Source of the DNA: an uncultured Clostridia bacterium
Lineage (GTDB): Bacteria > Bacillota > Clostridia > UBA1381
Assembly: GCA_904395315.1 (NCBI GenBank)
Contig: CAJFNT010000048.1
Span: forward strand, 2,387 to 66,386
DNA: 64,000 bases
Direction: 5' to 3'
This document shows positions 10,434-19,782 of this stretch, in pieces. The notes beneath the pieces were generated by a model, which saw nothing but the letters and a program-made list of their open reading frames with translations, was not told the origin of the DNA and made no database searches. Position numbers and translations under genes: made by a program. Numbering within the stretch: the first letter of the stretch is position 1; each line of letters opens with the position of its first letter.

Positions 10434-10912
10434 TATTCCTTTACAAGCTTTGCGCGCACATATCCGCGAGAAGTATCTGTAGACTCTATGTAAAACCCCC
10501 TGCCATAATAAAATCTTATAAGGGAAGTTATTTTTGATCCCGTATAGAGCTGTATCCTGCTGACTTTCTTTTTTATCATTATTCTATCAACAAGATTCAT
10601 TATCGATTTTCCTATGCCATTATTCTGACTCGTTACTTTAACCGCAAATCTTGTTAAAAGAGCCGTTCTATCTGGCAAGATCTCGACACGCACACTGCCG
10701 ACCGGTTCCCTGTCCGAAAACGCTATGAGAACTATCTTTGTATCTATATCGTGCCGCACATCATCACTCGTCTCTTCAAGCGCTTCAACTTTTTCGATCC
10801 CGGCAAGTTCCTTATACTTTTGAAAAGCTTCCTGTGTTATGGTCATTATTGAATCAATATCATCATAATTGGCAAGACGTATTTGAAAAAGAGATTGGTA
10901 ATCAGCAAGCAT
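10430..10912 (-). CDS. GNAT-family N-acetyltransferase
   Basis: 160 aa with an acetyl-CoA binding block (FAVKVTSQNNGIGKSIMNLV). Confidence 0.8.
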   Translation of the reverse strand: MLADYQSLFQIRLANYDDIDSIMTITQEAFQKYKELAGIEKVEALEETSDDVRHDIDTKIVLIAFSDREPVGSVRVEILPDRTALLTRFAVKVTSQNNGIGKSIMNLVDRIMIKKKVSRIQLYTGSKITSLIRFYYGRGFYIESTDTSRGYVRAKLVKEY

Positions 10913-10940
10913 ACTAATTCCTCCTAAATCGGTTAATATA

Positions 10941-10974
10941 ACAAAAATAAAGCGGCTGCCGCTCAGGCAGCCGC
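10941..10974 (-). terminator. Intrinsic terminator of argF
   Basis: Minus strand GCGGCTGCC-tgagc-GGCAGCCGC followed by TTTATTTTTGT. Confidence 0.75.
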
Positions 10975-10985
10975 GCGTTATTCTA

Positions 10986-11903
10986 TCATCCCATCAAAGT
11001 TGCCATAACCGCTTTCTGAACGTGAAGCCTGTTTTCCGCCTCATCGAACACCACGCTGTGCGGTCCGTCTATTATATCTTCGGTGACCTCAAAGCCCCTG
11101 TATGCCGGAAGACAATGCATAAATATCGCGTCATCCTTGGCATGTGCAAATAGCTCCTTGTTTACCTGATACGGCATAAATACCTTCTGGCGCTCAGCCT
11201 TTTCAGCTTCCATACCCATAGATACCCATGTATCTGTGTAAACTATATCAGCATCTTTTATCGCCTCTATAGGATCCTCCGTCAAAAGCAAATCCGCGCT
11301 TCCCGCCGCAAAATCCGCCTTCGCATTTTCTACAACCTCCTCGTTGCACTGATAATCCTTCGTAGTCGCTATTGCGCAATTCACGCCGACCTTTGCGCAT
11401 CCATACATTATAGAATGCGCCATATTATTTCCATCGCCGATATATGCAAATTTAAGGCCTTCCAAACGTCCCTTGTGCTCGTAAGCCGTCATAAGATCCG
11501 CAAGCACCTGACAAGGATGGAGCAGATCAGTAAGAGCGTTGATAACAGGAATGTCAGCCTCTTCCGCGAGCTCTACGACATCTGAATGCGCGTATGTACG
11601 GATCATGATGCCATCGAGGTATCTCTCAAGCACCTTTGCAGTATCATGTATCGTCTCGCCTCTTCCGAGCTGTATATCATTCGACGAGAGGAAAAGAGGG
11701 TATCCTCCCAGCTGTGTCATCCCCACTTCAAAAGAAACACGAGTCCTCGTTGATGATTTTGTGAATATCATTCCGAGTGTCTTTCCCTTCAGGAGAGGAT
11801 GAGGGATACCGCTTTTCAATTCCTTCTTAAGCTTAAGCCCAAGATCCAAAAGTCCCTTCACCTCATTTGATGTAAGGTCATGTAAGCTTATCAAATCTTT
11901 CAT
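10986..11903 (-). CDS. argF: Ornithine carbamoyltransferase
   Basis: STRTRVSFEVG carbamoyl-phosphate motif, HPCQ, HCLPA. Start moved to ATG 11903 (SD GAAAGGGA). Confidence 0.9.
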   Translation of the reverse strand: MKDLISLHDLTSNEVKGLLDLGLKLKKELKSGIPHPLLKGKTLGMIFTKSSTRTRVSFEVGMTQLGGYPLFLSSNDIQLGRGETIHDTAKVLERYLDGIMIRTYAHSDVVELAEEADIPVINALTDLLHPCQVLADLMTAYEHKGRLEGLKFAYIGDGNNMAHSIMYGCAKVGVNCAIATTKDYQCNEEVVENAKADFAAGSADLLLTEDPIEAIKDADIVYTDTWVSMGMEAEKAERQKVFMPYQVNKELFAHAKDDAIFMHCLPAYRGFEVTEDIIDGPHSVVFDEAENRLHVQKAVMATLMG

Positions 11904-11941
11904 AATTACAAATTCCCTTTCTCTTTCAACAATTTTCGGTG

Positions 11942-13135
11942 TCAAAGCTCTGCCAAAACACCATCAAGTTCATTTACAAATATATCCGCCTCTTCTTTTG
12001 TTATTATGAGCGGCGGCGCTATCCTTATCGTCACACCCTTACAGAGGCTCGTAAGTATCTTTCTCTCAAAAAGCCTGTTAAATACCGGCCCGGCAAATTC
12101 AGGTTTCAGCTCTATCCCTATCAAAAGCCCCATACTACGGATCTCCACGATCTTTTCGGGATATTTTTCAGCTGTCTTCAAAAGCTTGTCCTTAAGATAT
12201 TTCCCCACTTCCGCTGAATTCTCAACAAGATTCTCTTTTTCATATATATCGAATACAGCAAGACCCGCAGCGGTCGCCAATGGATTCCCGCCAAAGGTGG
12301 TACCATGATCACCCGGCTCAAAAGCGGATGCTACATCAGCCTTCGCGCACATCGCGCCTATCGGTACACCTCCGCCGAGCGCTTTCGCGCAAGTGAATAT
12401 ATCCGGTTCTATCCCATATAATTGGTGAGCAAACAGCTTGCCCAGTCTTCCCATTCCTGTTTGTACCTCATCTACTATGAGCAGTATACCCTTTTCATTG
12501 CAAAGCTCTCTTACTTTCTCAGCATACTCTTTATCCATAGGATGAACTCCAGACTCTCCCTGCACAAGCTCTATCATTATAGCCGCTGTTTTATCCGTTA
12601 CAGCCGATTTAAGAGCGTCAAAGCTATTAGGCGCCACTTGTTTGAATCCAGGTGTGAGAGGCCTGTACGGATCCTGATAATGTTTCTGTCCGGTCGCCGC
12701 AACAGTTGCAAGCGTTCTTCCGTGGAATGAATGGTCAAGCGATATTATCTCATATCTATCCTCACCTTTTTTATAAAAATATATCTTTGCAAGCTTAAAT
12801 GCAGCCTCATTAGCCTCTGCGCCGCTGTTGCAGAAAAATGCCTTATCGGCACAGGTGTTCTCAACAAGTTTCTGAGCAAGTTTTGCCTGATTTTCTATAT
12901 AATAAAGGCTCGATGTATGTATCAGCTTGTCCAGCTGCTTTTTCAATGCGTCGATAAAGTCCGGATGCGAATGTCCAAGCGCGTTAACTGCTATCCCGCC
13001 CAAAAAATCATAATACACATCCCCATTGTCGGCGTAAAGCTTCAGACCCTTACCCCTTTCAAAGCATACGGGCAATCTGTCGCCGAATGTATTCATATAA
13101 TATTTTTTATCAAGTTCTATAATATCTTTTAGCAT
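11942..13135 (-). CDS. argD: Acetylornithine aminotransferase (class-III PLP aminotransferase)
   Basis: Class-III aminotransferase motifs (LIVDEVQTGMGRLGK, TFGGNPLA). Start at ATG 13135 (MLKDIIELDKKYYMNTF, SD GGAGGGG). Confidence 0.9.
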   Translation of the reverse strand: MLKDIIELDKKYYMNTFGDRLPVCFERGKGLKLYADNGDVYYDFLGGIAVNALGHSHPDFIDALKKQLDKLIHTSSLYYIENQAKLAQKLVENTCADKAFFCNSGAEANEAAFKLAKIYFYKKGEDRYEIISLDHSFHGRTLATVAATGQKHYQDPYRPLTPGFKQVAPNSFDALKSAVTDKTAAIMIELVQGESGVHPMDKEYAEKVRELCNEKGILLIVDEVQTGMGRLGKLFAHQLYGIEPDIFTCAKALGGGVPIGAMCAKADVASAFEPGDHGTTFGGNPLATAAGLAVFDIYEKENLVENSAEVGKYLKDKLLKTAEKYPEKIVEIRSMGLLIGIELKPEFAGPVFNRLFERKILTSLCKGVTIRIAPPLIITKEEADIFVNELDGVLAEL

Positions 13136-13287
13136 CTTATCCCCTCCGAGCGGTATATTCCGGCTCAAAATAAAATATAAAGCTGTCGTTTCGGGAAGAC
13201 TGCCCGTTCCGATCTGCTCAAAGACCAAAACGGGCAGTCCGCCTAACAAAGAGACAGCGTATCTTTATTCGACTTATTATACGAAAT

Positions 13288-13316
13288 ATTATACATCACT
13301 TTGAATAAAAATGCAA
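13288..13316 (-). promoter_or_regulatory. argD promoter overlapped by an ARG box (ArgR/AhrC operator)
   Basis: Minus strand TTGCAT (13311-13316), 17 nt, TATAAT (13288-13293). The plus-strand string TTGAATAAAAATGCAA (13301-13316) matches the Bacillus AhrC box core TGAATAAAAATKCAA. Confidence 0.6.
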
Positions 13317-13378
13317 CCCAATTTTTATATTTACTAAATTTTTAGTAAATATAACAACAAATATTCTTTCTTAGCGAG

Positions 13379-13400
13379 TGAATATGTTGCATATTATTCA
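13379..13400. promoter_or_regulatory. Second ARG-box-like palindrome
   Basis: TGAATATGTTGCATATTATTCA. It contains TGCATATTATTCA (TGNAT-W4-ATTCA pattern) and lies ~80 bp upstream of the first box. Confidence 0.45.
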
Positions 13401-13404
13401 TTGA

Positions 13405-13722
13405 TCATAACAATTTATCTAACTCATCTGCATATTCATCGAACGATCTCGCTCCGACAAGCTTCCCTACCTGCTTACCTTTATTAAATATAATAACAGT
13501 CGGTATCGAAACGATAGCATTCTCCGCAGCAAGTGCACTCTCATCATCGACATTTACCTTGCATACTTTTACCTTGCCGTTATACTCATCAGCAATTTCC
13601 GAGATCACCGGTGCCACAGCTCTGCACGGGCCGCACCATGATGCCCAAAAATCCACAAGTACCGGAATATCTGATTTTACTACCTCACCGTCAAATGTCT
13701 GTTTTGTCAAATTGATTTCCAT
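13405..13722 (-). CDS. trxA: Thioredoxin
   Basis: WASWCGPCR active site. Start at ATG 13722 (SD GAAAGGAG). Confidence 0.9.
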   Translation of the reverse strand: MEINLTKQTFDGEVVKSDIPVLVDFWASWCGPCRAVAPVISEIADEYNGKVKVCKVNVDDESALAAENAIVSIPTVIIFNKGKQVGKLVGARSFDEYADELDKLL

Positions 13723-13788
13723 AAAAAATCTCCTTTCATATATTGATTGATTATACCATACTGTCTCTGTTGCGACAGTAATTGCCAT

Positions 13789-14439
13789 TTATTTGTACCA
13801 TGGTATTGAGGAATGTACCGTATTTATACCATTAGATGAATGTATCTTTGTTTCCGTAAAGCCAGCCTTACCAAACACATATTCGCTTATCTGTGTGCCG
13901 GCTCCGGTTGTTATATATACGATTATTGAACGCTCACTGCCGCTGAGCTCGTTCACTTGATAATATACCGAACCATTACTGACCTGTGTATCCACAAGTG
14001 TATAGTACCCATTTCCACTGTCACTCACTTCAAGTATCCATTGTTGAGAATCGTTCCAGAGTATACCCATATCATCAGACTCCGCGGAAGTATAGAGAGT
14101 TATCGTATCGTTCACCCCGTCACCTGTTATATCGTAATTGCAACTGTCAACTGTAGACCATGTCCCTTCGCTCGCCGCGGATATATTGGATTTACCAACA
14201 AAAGCAGCTGCTTTTTCTGTCGCGGCAGCTTGCGACGCCAAAGCCGCCTGCGTAGCCTTTTCGGCATCTTCCTCTGCCTGCATATCATGCGCCATACGCG
14301 GCAATGCGTTCATAACATCATCCTGCTGCAACCGTTCTCCAAAATAAAATCCCGCGCCTCCCGCTGCAATAGCTATGACAACGCATATAATCACGACCAT
14401 GACACGGTGTCTTTTCTTACTTCCCATAAAATTCATCAT
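13789..14439 (-). CDS. Membrane-anchored hypothetical protein
   Basis: One N-terminal TM helix (VMVVIICVVIAIAAGGAGFYF), an Ala/Glu-rich linker, and a ~130-aa C-terminal beta-type domain. Start uncertain (ATGs at 14439/14436/14427). Overlaps the yigZ 3' end. Confidence 0.55.
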   Translation of the reverse strand: MMNFMGSKKRHRVMVVIICVVIAIAAGGAGFYFGERLQQDDVMNALPRMAHDMQAEEDAEKATQAALASQAAATEKAAAFVGKSNISAASEGTWSTVDSCNYDITGDGVNDTITLYTSAESDDMGILWNDSQQWILEVSDSGNGYYTLVDTQVSNGSVYYQVNELSGSERSIIVYITTGAGTQISEYVFGKAGFTETKIHSSNGINTVHSSIPWYK

Positions 14440-15070
14440 CCCTTCTGTCGGCATATTTTCGGCCTGTAATTTCAATGACCGCTCTGCCGTTTGTCAGATC
14501 TGTGATCTCCTCAAGAAGATATTTTGTCCGCTCCTGCGGCGCGCGTACAAAAAACGTCACATCATTTTCATATACCGTATCCTCAAGCTCAAGTCCTTCC
14601 GCAGCTATCTTATACTGTACTTTTCCTACCAGATCGTAACCAACGCGAACAGAAACTATATCACACATGCTTCTGATTATGACCCCGGCCTCCGCCAACC
14701 CCTGACGCGCGGATGAACCGTAAGCGTGTACAAGTCCACCGGTCCCCAGAAGCGTCCCTCCGAAATATCGCGTTACGACCACGATGACATCCGTGATACC
14801 TGATTTCCTTATAGTATCCAGCACCGGCATACCGGCTGTCCCGGACGGCTCACCGTCATCCGAATATCTGAATATATTGTTCTCGTCTATCACGTACGCG
14901 TAAACATTATGAGTAGCGTCCCTGTTTTCGGAACGTATCCAGTTCAGAAACTCAATCGCGTCCGCCTCGTTATCCACAGGCTTTACATGCGCATAGAACT
15001 TTGACTTTTTTTCAACCATGAGAGTTTCCGCTTCTTTAGAAACCGTCTTATATGTATCTTTTACCGACAT
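14417..15070 (-). CDS. yigZ: YigZ/IMPACT-family protein (UPF0029)
   Basis: SKFYAHV...ATHNVYAYV...YSDDGEPSGTAGMP is the typical YigZ N-terminal domain. Confidence 0.8.
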   Translation of the reverse strand: MSVKDTYKTVSKEAETLMVEKKSKFYAHVKPVDNEADAIEFLNWIRSENRDATHNVYAYVIDENNIFRYSDDGEPSGTAGMPVLDTIRKSGITDVIVVVTRYFGGTLLGTGGLVHAYGSSARQGLAEAGVIIRSMCDIVSVRVGYDLVGKVQYKIAAEGLELEDTVYENDVTFFVRAPQERTKYLLEEITDLTNGRAVIEITGRKYADRRDDEFYGK

Positions 15071-15085
15071 TGCATCACATCCACT

Positions 15086-15436
15086 CTATTTTTTCTTCAT
15101 CTTTATCTGCGAGTCAGAACGGCTGCGCGAGCGTTTTGGCTCGGGCAAGTCATCATACATCTCCTCGATCGCCTGCATAAGTTTTTCCGGATCACCATGA
15201 TCCTCATACAATATCATCTCCCCCGCGCCGGGATACGGAGTTACATAATTTACATCTCCAAGCACCCGTTCGGCTGAAGGAGTCTTTTTTAAGAGCAGCC
15301 TGTCACCATAGATCCCGCCGAACATGCGTCCTCTGTAATAAAGCGGATACTCTCCCGCCATCTGGCGGTACGTAATATCCTCCATATCATTTAATATATC
15401 AAGCAATTTATTAAGATATTCCTTACCGGCTGACAT
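15086..15436 (-). CDS. TfoX/Sxy N-terminal-domain family protein
   Basis: GEYPLYYRGRMFGGIYGDRLLLK...PYPGAGEMILYED pattern with a basic C-terminal tail. ATG 15436 preferred (SD GGGAGGG). Confidence 0.7.
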   Translation of the reverse strand: MSAGKEYLNKLLDILNDMEDITYRQMAGEYPLYYRGRMFGGIYGDRLLLKKTPSAERVLGDVNYVTPYPGAGEMILYEDHGDPEKLMQAIEEMYDDLPEPKRSRSRSDSQIKMKKK

Positions 15437-15517
15437 CTGCATCACCCTCCCGTTTATAATGTTGTCTTAAATATCATCCGGATATATTTTCAGCTTTATT
15501 ACGCTGTATGCGGAATA

Positions 15518-16777
15518 TCATACCGCATATTTTTTCAACCTTCCGTGAGCCGCACGGTCCAAAAGCACACGAAGCTCTATCCCATCTTCGGTATATTCCT
15601 CCGAAAGTACTTTTTCATTTGTGTGCAATTCATTTATGATACCACCGTCCGCATACGGAACAAGCAGTCTGTATTCACATTTTGCTCCCGGCGCCGTTTT
15701 TGACACAGCATCCATAAGCTCATCCATACCCATGCCCGTCTTAGCGCTTATGAAAACATTCATACCGCCTCCCGAGCGTGGAGGTATGAATTCTCCGGCA
15801 GCGTCACATTTATTATACGCGTTTATCACCGGTTTTCCACCGGCGCCTATCTCATCCAATACACGCTCGACAACGTCTATTTTGTTTTCTGTCTCCTCTC
15901 CCGCAGCATCTATAACATGAATGAGAAAATCCGCTTCTGCCGCTTCCTCAAGCGTAGACTTAAACGCTTCAATAAGATAGTGAGGCAGTTTTCTTATAAA
16001 GCCTACGGTGTCAATAATTATTATTTTCCTATTATCCTCAAGTGTTATCACCCTTGATGTAGTGTCAAGAGTGGCAAAAAGCTTATTTTCAGCTAAAACT
16101 CCGGCATCGGTAAGGCGGTTCAAAAGAGTCGATTTTCCCGCATTGGTATAGCCAACGAGCGCGCAAGTTATAACACCGTCTTTTTTTCGTCTCTCGCGTA
16201 AAAGGCCGCGGTGTTTTTTTATCTCTTTTATCTCCGATTCAAGAGCCGTTATTCTCGAACGTATATGACGCCTGTCCGTCTCAAGCTTCGTCTCTCCAGG
16301 GCCTCTCGTCCCTATGCCGCCACCTGTACGGCTGAGTTCGGTACCCATACCGCGAAGACGCGGCAAACTATATTTTAGCTGCGCAAGCTCGACCTGAAGC
16401 TTACCTTCACCCGAACGCGCGCGCATAGCGAAAATATCGAGTATGAGCATTGACCTGTCCAAAACACGCACTCCGATATACTCGCTTATGTTTCTGAGCT
16501 GTACTGGTGAAAGCTCGTCATCGAAAACAATAAGTTTCGCTCCGAGAGATTCCGCCGCCTCTTTCAGCTCTTCCAGTTTTCCTGCGCCGATATATGTTCC
16601 GGCATCCGGAGCAGGGCGGTTCTGCACTGTTTCGCAGACCACCTCTCCGCCCGCAGTTTTAACAAGTTCTTCAAGCTCACGCATAGATTCTTCTGTTGTA
16701 TCGTTTATTATATCGCGGCTGCCTGTATGCAATCCAACAGTTATAACCTTCTCTTTTTCCTTCTCAAAGCTTTCCAT
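15518..16777 (-). CDS. hflX: GTPase HflX
   Basis: HflX N-domain, LETDRR, G1 GYTNAGKSTLLN, G3 DTVGF, NKCD. Start at ATG 16777 preferred (SD GGGTGGTGA). Confidence 0.9.
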   Translation of the reverse strand: MESFEKEKEKVITVGLHTGSRDIINDTTEESMRELEELVKTAGGEVVCETVQNRPAPDAGTYIGAGKLEELKEAAESLGAKLIVFDDELSPVQLRNISEYIGVRVLDRSMLILDIFAMRARSGEGKLQVELAQLKYSLPRLRGMGTELSRTGGGIGTRGPGETKLETDRRHIRSRITALESEIKEIKKHRGLLRERRKKDGVITCALVGYTNAGKSTLLNRLTDAGVLAENKLFATLDTTSRVITLEDNRKIIIIDTVGFIRKLPHYLIEAFKSTLEEAAEADFLIHVIDAAGEETENKIDVVERVLDEIGAGGKPVINAYNKCDAAGEFIPPRSGGGMNVFISAKTGMGMDELMDAVSKTAPGAKCEYRLLVPYADGGIINELHTNEKVLSEEYTEDGIELRVLLDRAAHGRLKKYAV

Positions 16778-16884
16778 ATACATCACCACCCAAGTTCGCT
16801 CTTTTTCGTACATCTATAGTATACCAAAAAAATATGTATTAGTACAGTAATTTTTTTAAATTTTAAAAAAAATTTAAAAAAGGC

Positions 16885-16912
16885 TTGCAAAATCCCAAGA
16901 TTGTGATATAAT
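16885..16912 (+). promoter_or_regulatory. Sigma-A promoter of secG
   Basis: TTGCAA, 16 nt, TGaTATAAT (extended -10). Confidence 0.55.
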
Positions 16913-17029
16913 AGTATGGTATTATGCGCAAAGTTATATACGTCGGCGGAAGATCAACGCACGGCACTGCGCAGGACTATTTACGGGCATTCAGGATAAT
17001 ATCGTCCCGTTTGAAAAGGAGGTTTAAAA

Positions 17030-17275
17030 TTGAACACACTGTTTATCGTTCTCCACATCGTGGTAAGCGTTCTGCTTATCTTCATCGTTCTTGCGCAGGA
17101 GGGTAAGGACCCGGGTATGCGCGGCATTCAGGGAGCTTCGTCTGACATGGGCGATTCCTTCTTCAAGAAAGCAGGCGGTACAACAAAGGAAAAAATGCAG
17201 GTACGTCTCACAACGACAGTAGCTATCCTGTTCCTTATAACAACGCTTGTTCTTGTTATTCTTTCCGCAAGCTGA
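17030..17275 (+). CDS. secG: Preprotein translocase subunit SecG
   Basis: 81 aa, two TM helices, LAQEGKDPGM motif. TTG start with SD AAAAGGAGG. Confidence 0.85.
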   Translation: MNTLFIVLHIVVSVLLIFIVLAQEGKDPGMRGIQGASSDMGDSFFKKAGGTTKEKMQVRLTTTVAILFLITTLVLVILSAS

Positions 17276-17290
17276 TAAAAGAAGATATGC

Positions 17291-17316
17291 GCCGCTCTGT
17301 TGAGCGGCTTTTTTTT
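17291..17316 (+). terminator. Intrinsic terminator of secG
   Basis: GCCGCTC-tgtt-GAGCGGC followed by T8. Confidence 0.85.
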
Positions 17317-17365
17317 GCTTTCCGCGCAAAAAAATGCGGAGAGGACGATATGCCCTCACCGCACT

Positions 17366-17659
17366 TCACGACAGCTGTTTCAGCGCATCTTTGAGCCACC
17401 ACTCTCCGATATCAAGCGCTTTATACAAGTTATCACGCTTAGCTTTTCTGAAAACCTGTCCTTTTCCCAATTCGCCTGTGTTATCCATCACCTGGATAAG
17501 CACCTGCGATGCAACATCATGATCTTTTACCTTTTTTGTCTCCGTAATATCAAGCACCAATATAAGCTTATCTTCCAAATTACCGTAATATATCCTATTC
17601 CCACACCGTAATATCGGTTTTCCGTTATATGTCATATACTTTCTCTTCTTTACCGCCAT
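17366..17659 (-). CDS. Small hypothetical protein (97 aa)
   Basis: ATG 17659 with SD AAAGGAG. No recognisable motifs. Confidence 0.5.
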   Translation of the reverse strand: MAVKKRKYMTYNGKPILRCGNRIYYGNLEDKLILVLDITETKKVKDHDVASQVLIQVMDNTGELGKGQVFRKAKRDNLYKALDIGEWWLKDALKQLS

Positions 17660-17785
17660 TCTCCGTACTCCTTTCTTATCGATATATAGCAAATTATATT
17701 ATACCATACATCTGCTCCAATTGCAACCGGATTCCAAAAAAATTTACAAAATTATATGCCATTTTTTATTGTTTACAGTCCACAC

Positions 17786-17814
17786 TTGAAAATATTTCTG
17801 ATCTGTGATAGAAT
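17786..17814 (+). promoter_or_regulatory. Sigma-A promoter of the HAD hydrolase gene
   Basis: TTGAAA, 17 nt, TGaTAGAAT. Confidence 0.5.
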
Positions 17815-17847
17815 ATATTAGCAAAGCCAATGAAGGGAATAATTATT

Positions 17848-18498
17848 ATGAGATATAAATATATTTTTCTTGACCTCGACGGAACTCTTACCGATTCTAA
17901 GGAAGGTATACTGAACTGTGTTAAATATGCGCTTGAAAAAATGGGAACGCCATTGCCCGAGCCTGCGGAGCTGAACAAATTTATAGGTCCGCCCCTATTC
18001 GTCTCTTTTACAGAGTTCTGCGGATATTCTCCCGAAGACGCCCGCCGCGCTATCACATTTTACCGCGAGCGCTTCTCAGATATAGGTATATTCGAAAATA
18101 AGGTATATGATGGCGCTGAAAAATTTCTTAACAAACTCATAGACAGCGCAAGAATACCGGTACTTGCAACATCCAAGCCTAAGATCTACGCTGACAGGAT
18201 AGTCGTCCGCTATGGTCTGCGTCCATATCTGAAACTCGTTGTCGGCGCTGAACTGAACGGCACGCGCGACAGCAAGGCGGAGATAATAGAATACGCTATA
18301 GACAAGCTCGAAATAGACGATAGGAGCAGGATACTTATGGTAGGTGACAGACGACAGGATATAGAGGGCGCAAAGCAATGTGGCATCGACTCCTGCGGCG
18401 TAAGCTACGGCTATGCCGCCCCGGGGGAACTCGAAAGCGCCGGAGCTGACAACATCGCTGCCGATTTCGATGAGCTCTATAATATAATAAACAAGTGA
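17848..18498 (+). CDS. HAD-superfamily hydrolase (phosphoglycolate-phosphatase-like, subfamily IA)
   Basis: Motif I FLDLDGTLTDS, motif III K, motif IV VGDRRQD. Confidence 0.8.
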   Translation: MRYKYIFLDLDGTLTDSKEGILNCVKYALEKMGTPLPEPAELNKFIGPPLFVSFTEFCGYSPEDARRAITFYRERFSDIGIFENKVYDGAEKFLNKLIDSARIPVLATSKPKIYADRIVVRYGLRPYLKLVVGAELNGTRDSKAEIIEYAIDKLEIDDRSRILMVGDRRQDIEGAKQCGIDSCGVSYGYAAPGELESAGADNIAADFDELYNIINK

Positions 18499-18503
18499 AA
18501 AAG

Positions 18504-18533
18504 GCGTCTTGTCCGAACAATCGGTCAAGACGC
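18504..18533. terminator. Shared hairpin between convergent genes
   Basis: GCGTCTTG-...-TCAAGACGC with flanking A/T-rich runs on both sides. Confidence 0.55.
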
Positions 18534-18549
18534 TTTCTCTTTATACGCG

Positions 18550-19533
18550 TTATTCCGCGCACAAATATACATCCTTGTAAACAACTCCGAGACGCATCGC
18601 TTCGGCATAACTCGCTACAGCTACATCTATTTTGTTTCCGACTATAGCTCCGCCGCAGTCTTCCGCGCATCTGTAACCGTAACCGTCTATGTATACCCAT
18701 GACAACGGTTCTATGACATCCTTATCAACAGCGATCGTTCTTCCCGGCGTTATCGCTCCTGCCCACGCAGTCGCATTGCCCCACGCGCCGTTTGATTCCG
18801 CACCGGGAGCATAATGTGAAATCCTGAATGTTCCCAAGTATACCATGTTTGAGTTTTCCGCTCCCGAAGCCTCTGCTGTATTCCCGGCGATATTCAAGTT
18901 TGTATCTGCCGTTACCGGTACCAGTCCGTCAGGTATTACCGCAACATCAGGTATTGTAACGGATGCTGTTCTGCTCTCCTGCTCCCATGAAAGCTCAAGA
19001 TAAAACGATTCGATCACCGATCTGAGCGGAAACATGAGCGTACCGCCTCCCATGAGCTTGACTTTTCCATCAAGTTCCGATGTCCTGCCGAGTTCTATCC
19101 TCGTACCGCTTGCATCGATATAACCGAACTTGACCGCCGCATTCGCAGAATCGGCTGTAAGTTCCAAAGTAATATCTGCAGGTATCGCTGAGATTCCTGC
19201 CGCATCGGCACCGCTCTGACTTATCTTGTACGCATAACGTTCAATCGGTTTTGACGAGTCACTGTCTGCGCTTACGATAAGCTTAGCTGTAAGGCTTTCC
19301 TGGTCCCACTCCGTTCTCATGCCCATAGCGTCAGCCATAGCTCTGCTCGGTACATAAAGAGTATTGTTGATCTCCACAGGCTGATCATCAGCTGAGAAAT
19401 TAACTATTTCCGGAGTTTCATACGCAAGTGAGTCGACCTCAACCACCGTTTCGGCGGCAAAAACATTCATTCCTCCAAAAGCGGTCAAGGCTGCCGCAGC
19501 CAGCACGACTGCGGACTTTCTTAAGTTTTTCAT
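18550..19533 (-). CDS. Secreted cell-wall protein with copper-amine-oxidase-N-like (stalk) domain and C-terminal 3D domain (MltA/RlpA-like lytic fold)
   Basis: Signal peptide. [23 protein letters not shown] matches the stalk domain. C-terminus [11 protein letters not shown]...[40 protein letters not shown] is the 3D-domain pattern. Confidence 0.8.
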   Translation of the reverse strand: [327 protein letters not shown]

Positions 19534-19782
19534 TTTGATAAAGTCCTCCTGTTTTTCTTCTACATAGTAGAAGTATATTCACGGCTTGTCCTTTTTAAAA
19601 CATATCCGTGCCCGGAAGATCCATAGATCGGCAAAATCGCTCCCGTGCCGAATGGACCGGCGCGCTCTTCGGCCTTTTCATATCACTCGCGCGCCGACCG
19701 GGATTTTTACGCTTGATGCCGTATCCGGTCATCATGCATCTATGATCAAATCCGCTTTTTGCGGATGGATCATCTCAAATCA

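Noticed and set aside
19534-19782. c-di-AMP (ydaO-yuaA) riboswitch upstream of the 3D-domain cell-wall gene.
   Set aside because: None of the signature elements I remember (ACGGGGA/CCCA pairs, GGGGUnAAUC, CCGACAGCUAAC) is present. Kept only as a low-interest structured-region note.
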